Positions 46,938-52,486 of a stretch of 52,486 nucleotides of DNA are shown piece by piece. Each line of letters opens with the position of its first letter. Position 1 is the first letter of the stretch. This stretch comes from a virus (Duplodnaviria; Caudoviricetes). The notes under the pieces are model-generated. The model did no database searches. It saw nothing but the letters and a program-made list of their open reading frames with translations, and had not been told where the DNA came from. The position numbers and the translations under genes are program-made. The stretch covers positions 1 through 52,486 of the IMG/VR virus record IMGVR_UViG_3300002855_000002; one strand, 5' to 3'.

Positions 46938-47242
46938 CGTTTGACGAGTGGCTCGCGCAATCAGCCGTACGACTTGGCGTCAGTCAACGGACGTTAGAGA
47001 CGGAATATTATCTCGTCGACATACCGTTGATGTTACGGTTCCGCTCGCACGAATTGGCGGAACAGCAGCTTATATCGTTGCAAAGCTATACGGTCGCACA
47101 GACGACGGACAAGGACGCATATCAACGTTATGTCGACGTGTTAAAGGCGGGGCTATACGGAGCGGACACGGCAGCACCGGAACAGGAACGGTTAGACCGG
47201 AGCGCACTCAATGAATTACGAAATAGGATCGGAAGGAGGTAA
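46871..47242 (+). CDS. -1 frameshift extension of the tail chaperone (gpGT-like)
   Basis: The -1 frame is open from the slippery site (KLASRP...FDEWLA...) through ORF 47027-47242. Confidence 0.75.
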   Translation, partial: KLASRPSRGQGSGNGRQQQRQLTFDEWLAQSAVRLGVSQRTLETEYYLVDIPLMLRFRSHELAEQQLISLQSYTVAQTTDKDAYQRYVDVLKAGLYGADTAAPEQERLDRSALNELRNRIGRR

Positions 47243-47245
47243 CGT

Positions 47246-50200
47246 ATGAGCGGAATAGGTGGTGGAGGCGGAGCTGCAACGGACGTAGGCTCGATACGGG
47301 CGGGGTTTATCGTTGATATAGCGGACGGTAAACGTAAGATGACCGAGATTAAAACGGAATTGGAATCCGCGGCATCTACAGCGAAAAAGTCGTCCGCTAG
47401 TATGCGGGAAGTGGGCGACGCAATCAAAGAGACGGCCGCGAAAAAGCAACAACTCGAACAACTCGGCAAATCGCTCGATAACGTTAACGGGCGCATCGAA
47501 CAGCAGAAGAAAGTGCTAAAGTCGCTGAAAGAATCGTACGACGCAACGTTTGACGACGGAAAAAAGACGCAGCTAGAGGGGAAAATTCTCAACGTTGAAG
47601 CTTCGCTAAACAAGCTTACGGCAACGTCCGATAAGACCGCGCGGCAAATGTGGGAACTCGAAGATAGTATGCGTGAAGTATCCGTCGAATCCGATAAAAC
47701 GGAACGCACCGTTGCAGGCTTAACGTCGGCACTAACGGCACTTGGCGCAGGGGCGGCAGCGGTCGGAATGGCGAAAACGGTTATGACGTTAACGGACGAG
47801 GCGAATCAGCTCGCTAATGCGTTAACTGGCGTTAAGCAAGTGGCGGGCGCACTCGGACATGACGTCGGACAAGTTACGCAAGTTACGGAGCAACTCGCGA
47901 GCCGTGGCGTACTATCGTTAACCGAAGCCGCTACAGCCGTAAAAACAGCGCTGGCGACCGGATATGATATCGAGCAAACGATAACTCTCATTAATACATT
48001 GACGGACGCAGCCGCATTTAACCGCGAAGCTCACCTCGATTGGGGCGAGGCGGTCGTAACGGCAATTCAAGGTATCAAAGCCGGAAACTCGACGCTAACA
48101 GACGCGGCCGGCATTACGACGAACCTATCGGTCATGTACGACAAATACGCGAAATCAATCGGAACGTCAGCGGCAACCTTGACGGATGCCGGAAAAGCGC
48201 AGGCGGCATATAACGGGATGATTGCGGAAGCAGCGATCTTTGCCGGAAATGCGGACGCGGTACTCGCTGGATATACCGGAACGAATAACTCGTTTAAGAA
48301 ATCCGTCGAAATGGCGCGCGTCGAATTGGGCGAGTCGTTTTTGCCGATCGTACAGGAAATCACCGAAAAGTTAACTCCGATGATTCAACGCTTTACCGAT
48401 TGGGTTTCGGAGAATAAAGAAGTCGTAGCCGGAATGACAGCGGCAGGCATCGCAGTCACCGGACTAATAGCGACAGTCACAACGTTAATTACTGTAGTGG
48501 GCGCGCTGACAATGGCGTTTAGAGCGCTGAACGTATCGATGGGACCGGTCGGATGGGCGATAGCTGGCGTTAGCGCGTTAGCGGTCGGAGTCGCATCGTA
48601 CCAAGTTGCGGCAGACATGGCGGCTGAATCGACGTGGCAGTTTGCGGAAAGTCAAGAGGAACTCAATCGTAAGCTTAACGAATCCCCATTAACACGGTCA
48701 TCTAGCGACTTGGAGAAATTAATATCGGATTACGATACTATTAATGCGCTGATCGAACGTCGGACTTCGTTGATAGACGAATATAACAGATTGGCGTCGG
48801 ACCGAAAATCTTTAAGTGACGCAAACGACCTTAAGGACGCGTGGGAATGGTGGACATCAAGCGATGACATCACTAAAAAAATGACAGAGTTGGATCAGGA
48901 AATTATCGAAATAAATAAGTCGCTAAAAGAGCTTGACGTAACGGCAGATAACGCGGAAGAAACGCTATCCAAAATGAAAACGCAAATTGACGCGTCAACG
49001 CCAGCGATGCGCGCACTAACGATTGAGACGTTGAAGCAGATTGACGCGGAGCAGGACGCGATTAAAGAAACGGAGCAATTAGCCGGCCGATACCGTGCGC
49101 TAACGTCGGAATCGAAGCTTACGAAGGAACAGGCGGACGAGTTAACGTCGGTTGTTCGAAAGTTGACCGAGCGCTATCCGGAATTACATGCGGAACTAGA
49201 CGAGAACGGTCGCTTAATGATCGTTAACGAAAATATTATCCGTGATCTTATTGCTGCGGAAGAAGATTCGGTCGACGCGTGGCTTGCCGGAGAACGTGCG
49301 AAACAGCAAGCGTTACTACAGACCGCGAAAGCCGCGTTATCGTCCGCAAAGACGCAACTCGAAGCGTTACAGGCGGTTGCATCCGCATACAAGCAAGAAG
49401 TAAATGCGCCAGCGCTTCCGGACTCCATAGACGGTGAGCTGTCCGATTCGCTCGCGTTACGTCGACGTATGAGCGGCTCATTCTCCGAAGCTATAGACGC
49501 TAACCGTGCGGTTAATAGCGGAAAGCTACAGGCGGAAGTTGACGCGCAGCAATCGGAAGTCGACCGAATACAATCGTTAATCAATTCGCTGGATGACGGT
49601 TCGTGGGCGGATTTGTACGGTAATGAGTCGGCAGGATCGAAGGATCTCTTTACGCCAGGCAAAGAGAAAACGAAGAAAGAAAAGACCGCGAAGCAGAAAA
49701 CCGCGGAGGAAATTGCAAACGACGCGTACCGTGCCGCGTTAAAGCAACTTGAAATCCGCAGGCTTCTCGGAGACTTAACGGAGCAACAGGAAATCGATAC
49801 GCTCGCTAAATTGGCGAATCAATATAAGAAATACGATGACATATGGATTGACGCGGAAAGTCGTCGCCAGCGTGTCGTCGAGCAAATGGAGAACGCAGCG
49901 GCAAAAGCGGCTGAACAAGCGGCAAAGGACGCGGAAGCGAAAGCACGCGCAAGTTACGAAACTTCAGCGGAATGGATCGAAATGCAGACACGGAAAATGA
50001 CCGAAGCCGGACGGTCGGAATCGGAAATTACGAAGATGCAGCTTGACGCGTGGACTCGCGTACGCAACCGCTACGATAAGGACTCCGATTATTACAAGCG
50101 CGCGGACAAGGCGATGTATGACGCCCGTATGAATCTCCGTAAACAGGACGAAAAACTGGCGAAGGAAATCGCGGATCAACAAAAGGAATACGTCAAGGAA

Positions 50201-51151
50201 TCGTTAAAGGCGATAGAGGCGCAGAAAAAAGCGGAACTCGCGGCACTCGACGAAAAGAAGAAAGCGACGCAAAAGTATTACGACGATTTGCTCCGTAATA
50301 TTGACGATGGCGAACGTAATAAGGAACGTGCGGAAATCGAAGCCGAGGCGGAGAAGTACCGATACGCTACGTCCGAACGCGGTCAGAAGTATTACGCGGA
50401 ATTACTCGAACAGCTTCGTAAAATGGACGTCGAGGATACGAAGCGTGCGATTGAGGACGAACGCGACGCCAAACTCGACGGACTCGACGAGCAGAAAGCG
50501 GACATTGAATCGTGGTACAGCGATATTAAAGCGGCAGCGGACGCATTCAATGGCGATATGATCCGTCTCTACGAGCTAACGGACGACGCACGGCTACAAT
50601 CGTTTGTGACGACGAACGCAGCGATTAAGGCGGAAATGGCACGGTTCCAATCGGAAATGGCTTCGTTAGCGGCTTCGGCACCGTCCGGAAACAGCGGAAC
50701 GATTGCGCAGATGCAGGCGAATAGTAAAGCGTGGCACACAGCGGATGCGGCCGGAAAAGCGAAGCTCGCAGCCGAGAACCAAGCGTTAGGCCAATCGTTG
50801 GGCGCATCGTATAGTAATGGAAAGTGGTCGCTCGACGGCACTCCGTTATTCCACAGCGGACGTGATGGCGCGACGGGCCGGACGTTTAGCGTATCTGACC
50901 GTTTGATGCCGGACGAATTAACCGCTATATTGCGCGACGACGAGTACGTATTTACTCCGGGACAGCTTCAATCGTTGCTCGATACGAAAAGCGGAGCCAA
51001 TACGGGAACGGTCGTTAATGTCGAAAAAGTCGTCGGACTCGAAATCGGTGAAGCAACGATGGAGGATGAAATCGATATGCGGGCGCTCGGACGGACGGGT
51101 AACGACTTGGCTGCGGATATCGTACGGAACAAATTTACGAGGGGTGAGTAG
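47246..51151 (+). CDS. Tail tape measure protein
   Basis: 1301 aa, Ala-rich helical, GPVGWAI hydrophobic stretch. Confidence 0.92.
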   Translation: MSGIGGGGGAATDVGSIRAGFIVDIADGKRKMTEIKTELESAASTAKKSSASMREVGDAIKETAAKKQQLEQLGKSLDNVNGRIEQQKKVLKSLKESYDATFDDGKKTQLEGKILNVEASLNKLTATSDKTARQMWELEDSMREVSVESDKTERTVAGLTSALTALGAGAAAVGMAKTVMTLTDEANQLANALTGVKQVAGALGHDVGQVTQVTEQLASRGVLSLTEAATAVKTALATGYDIEQTITLINTLTDAAAFNREAHLDWGEAVVTAIQGIKAGNSTLTDAAGITTNLSVMYDKYAKSIGTSAATLTDAGKAQAAYNGMIAEAAIFAGNADAVLAGYTGTNNSFKKSVEMARVELGESFLPIVQEITEKLTPMIQRFTDWVSENKEVVAGMTAAGIAVTGLIATVTTLITVVGALTMAFRALNVSMGPVGWAIAGVSALAVGVASYQVAADMAAESTWQFAESQEELNRKLNESPLTRSSSDLEKLISDYDTINALIERRTSLIDEYNRLASDRKSLSDANDLKDAWEWWTSSDDITKKMTELDQEIIEINKSLKELDVTADNAEETLSKMKTQIDASTPAMRALTIETLKQIDAEQDAIKETEQLAGRYRALTSESKLTKEQADELTSVVRKLTERYPELHAELDENGRLMIVNENIIRDLIAAEEDSVDAWLAGERAKQQALLQTAKAALSSAKTQLEALQAVASAYKQEVNAPALPDSIDGELSDSLALRRRMSGSFSEAIDANRAVNSGKLQAEVDAQQSEVDRIQSLINSLDDGSWADLYGNESAGSKDLFTPGKEKTKKEKTAKQKTAEEIANDAYRAALKQLEIRRLLGDLTEQQEIDTLAKLANQYKKYDDIWIDAESRRQRVVEQMENAAAKAAEQAAKDAEAKARASYETSAEWIEMQTRKMTEAGRSESEITKMQLDAWTRVRNRYDKDSDYYKRADKAMYDARMNLRKQDEKLAKEIADQQKEYVKESLKAIEAQKKAELAALDEKKKATQKYYDDLLRNIDDGERNKERAEIEAEAEKYRYATSERGQKYYAELLEQLRKMDVEDTKRAIEDERDAKLDGLDEQKADIESWYSDIKAAADAFNGDMIRLYELTDDARLQSFVTTNAAIKAEMARFQSEMASLAASAPSGNSGTIAQMQANSKAWHTADAAGKAKLAAENQALGQSLGASYSNGKWSLDGTPLFHSGRDGATGRTFSVSDRLMPDELTAILRDDEYVFTPGQLQSLLDTKSGANTGTVVNVEKVVGLEIGEATMEDEIDMRALGRTGNDLAADIVRNKFTRGE

Positions 51152-51153
51152 GC

Positions 51154-51924
51154 GTGTCGGAAACATACGGCTTTACGTATAAGGGACGGCATTGTTTGGA
51201 GTTTGGCGCGCGCCTACTCCGCTATACCGTTAATAGCCCGCAGCTCCGCGAAAACGAAGATACGGTCGCTGGACTTGACGGAGTTATCGACTACGGAACG
51301 GAACTCGGCAAACGGGAAATCGAAGTCGTATTCGATATTGATCCGGACGGGCGGAGTTTTAAGCGTAGGCAGTCGCAAATACTATCGTGGCTGAAACCGA
51401 AGTCGTCCGGACAACTCGTATTTGATGACGTACCCGACCGATATTTTAACGCCAAGCTAACGGGAAGTATGGTGGTAGAGCAAATAGGCACGTACGGAGA
51501 AATCCGCGTAACATTCAAGGCGACCGATCCTTATTCGTATTCAACGACGGAATCTGACGACATCATTCTTGATTCGGACGTAGTACTCGACGAGGAGATT
51601 ACGCTCGACGCAACGTGGTCGTTCGTAATTAACCGACCGCAGACGGTAACGGTCAACAATTGGGGCTATGAAGAAGTCCGACCGCGCATCGTAATAACCG
51701 GCAGTTGGACGACGCTGCAAGTCGGAAGCCTGACGTATAATTCCTCGGCAAATAATAAAACGCTCGTTATCGACTGCGAACGTGAGTCAGCGCGAATTGA
51801 CGGTACATCGGTTAACATAACGGGCGATTTTATAACACTAGAGCCGGGAAATAACGTTGTGGCAATCGGGGGTACTGCGCTTAATTGTACGGTAAGTTTC
51901 GAGTTTCGTGCGAAGTACCTGTAA
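51154..51924 (+). CDS. Distal tail protein (Dit)
   Basis: GFTYKG, LVFDDVPDRYF, TFKATDPYSY, FITLEPGNN. Confidence 0.85.
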   Translation: MSETYGFTYKGRHCLEFGARLLRYTVNSPQLRENEDTVAGLDGVIDYGTELGKREIEVVFDIDPDGRSFKRRQSQILSWLKPKSSGQLVFDDVPDRYFNAKLTGSMVVEQIGTYGEIRVTFKATDPYSYSTTESDDIILDSDVVLDEEITLDATWSFVINRPQTVTVNNWGYEEVRPRIVITGSWTTLQVGSLTYNSSANNKTLVIDCERESARIDGTSVNITGDFITLEPGNNVVAIGGTALNCTVSFEFRAKYL

Positions 51925-51989
51925 CCATGCGGATACAGGTACTTTTTAACGTGAATATAACGCAGACATAACGAAGGGAGAGCGGATGA

Positions 51990-52486
51990 ATGGCGGATAT
52001 TAAACAGTTACAAGGGCCGATGACACTGCGCGAAATGTACCCGATAGTTAACGAAAATACAACGAAAATCAACGCAGAATCACAAGCGGCAAAATCGGAT
52101 ATTACGTCGCATAAATCGTCTAGGCAGGCGCACGGGGCCGATGCAATTACGTATAACGGGAACGTACCGGCTAATAGCGTTAAAGAGGCGATTGATAAGA
52201 CGAATCAGCGTATATCAGAGATTGTAGCGCAGGCTGGCGACAGTAATACGGAAATCGTAGATGCACGCGGAGGCGCTCCGGTACTTGGCGATAGGCTTAA
52301 CGGAATGGATGAACAGTTGGCGGATATTGCGGAAAATCCTAAGTTTCGAATTGATGCAGCAACAATCGATGTTACTCTCGGAAACGAGCTGCTTACGAGC
52401 GTTTGGACGCTAGGCGCTGGATGGGCTGGCGATCTCGCCAATGGTTTTACTCATACGTCCGGCAATACGGCAAGTCTATCGACGAC
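51990..52486 (+). CDS. Tail fibre / baseplate protein, truncated at the window edge
   Basis: SD then ATG at 51990; AHGADAI and EIVDARGG...LGDRL motifs; open to the end. Confidence 0.7.
   Translation, partial: MADIKQLQGPMTLREMYPIVNENTTKINAESQAAKSDITSHKSSRQAHGADAITYNGNVPANSVKEAIDKTNQRISEIVAQAGDSNTEIVDARGGAPVLGDRLNGMDEQLADIAENPKFRIDAATIDVTLGNELLTSVWTLGAGWAGDLANGFTHTSGNTASLST

Larger units (their letters stand above)
684..52486. mobile_element. Prophage (siphovirus-type), continues beyond the window
   Basis: Integrase next to a tRNA, then replication, nucleotide metabolism, terminase, portal, capsid, tail and tape-measure genes in phage order. Confidence 0.95.

Noticed and set aside
46948-47214. 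88-aa ORF before the tape measure gene
   Set aside because: Wrong frame; the -1 frameshift frame ending at 47242 explains the region
37852-52441. Many antisense ORFs over structural genes
   Set aside because: Shadow frames of long sense genes, with no SD or motifs

Overview
The window starts with about 0.7 kb of Bacillales (Paenibacillus-like) host DNA: a small ORF and a tRNA-fMet/tRNA-Ile2(CAT)/tRNA-Leu(TAA) operon. A large temperate siphophage-type prophage follows, apparently integrated at the tRNA-Leu 3' end, and runs off the right edge. Its modules, in order: tyrosine integrase; regulators; a self-sufficient replisome (helicase loader, DnaB helicase, primase, SSB, family-A polymerase, exonuclease, RuvC); nucleotide metabolism (nrdI, nrdE, frameshifted nrdF, thyX, dNMP kinase); two DNA methyltransferases; a RepL-like protein; HNH/terminase/portal/head genes; and tail genes up to a truncated fibre. 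No lysis module or attR is in view. Four observations stand out. (1) Two separate loci carry AT-rich one-gene cassettes inserted into a split GTAGATTCA|GTACAACGA site, with 15-bp imperfect palindromes at the junctions and one mini-gene present at both loci, resembling an integron-like cassette system. (2) At least six genes appear to start at non-canonical codons (CTG, ACG, ATC, ATA) placed 8 nt after strong Shine-Dalgarno sequences. (3) Two long non-coding tracts are hairpin-dense and RNA-like. (4) An exact bipartite promoter-like motif occurs three times, once in front of the phage sigma-like gene. All family calls come from motif recognition by eye; no searches were run.
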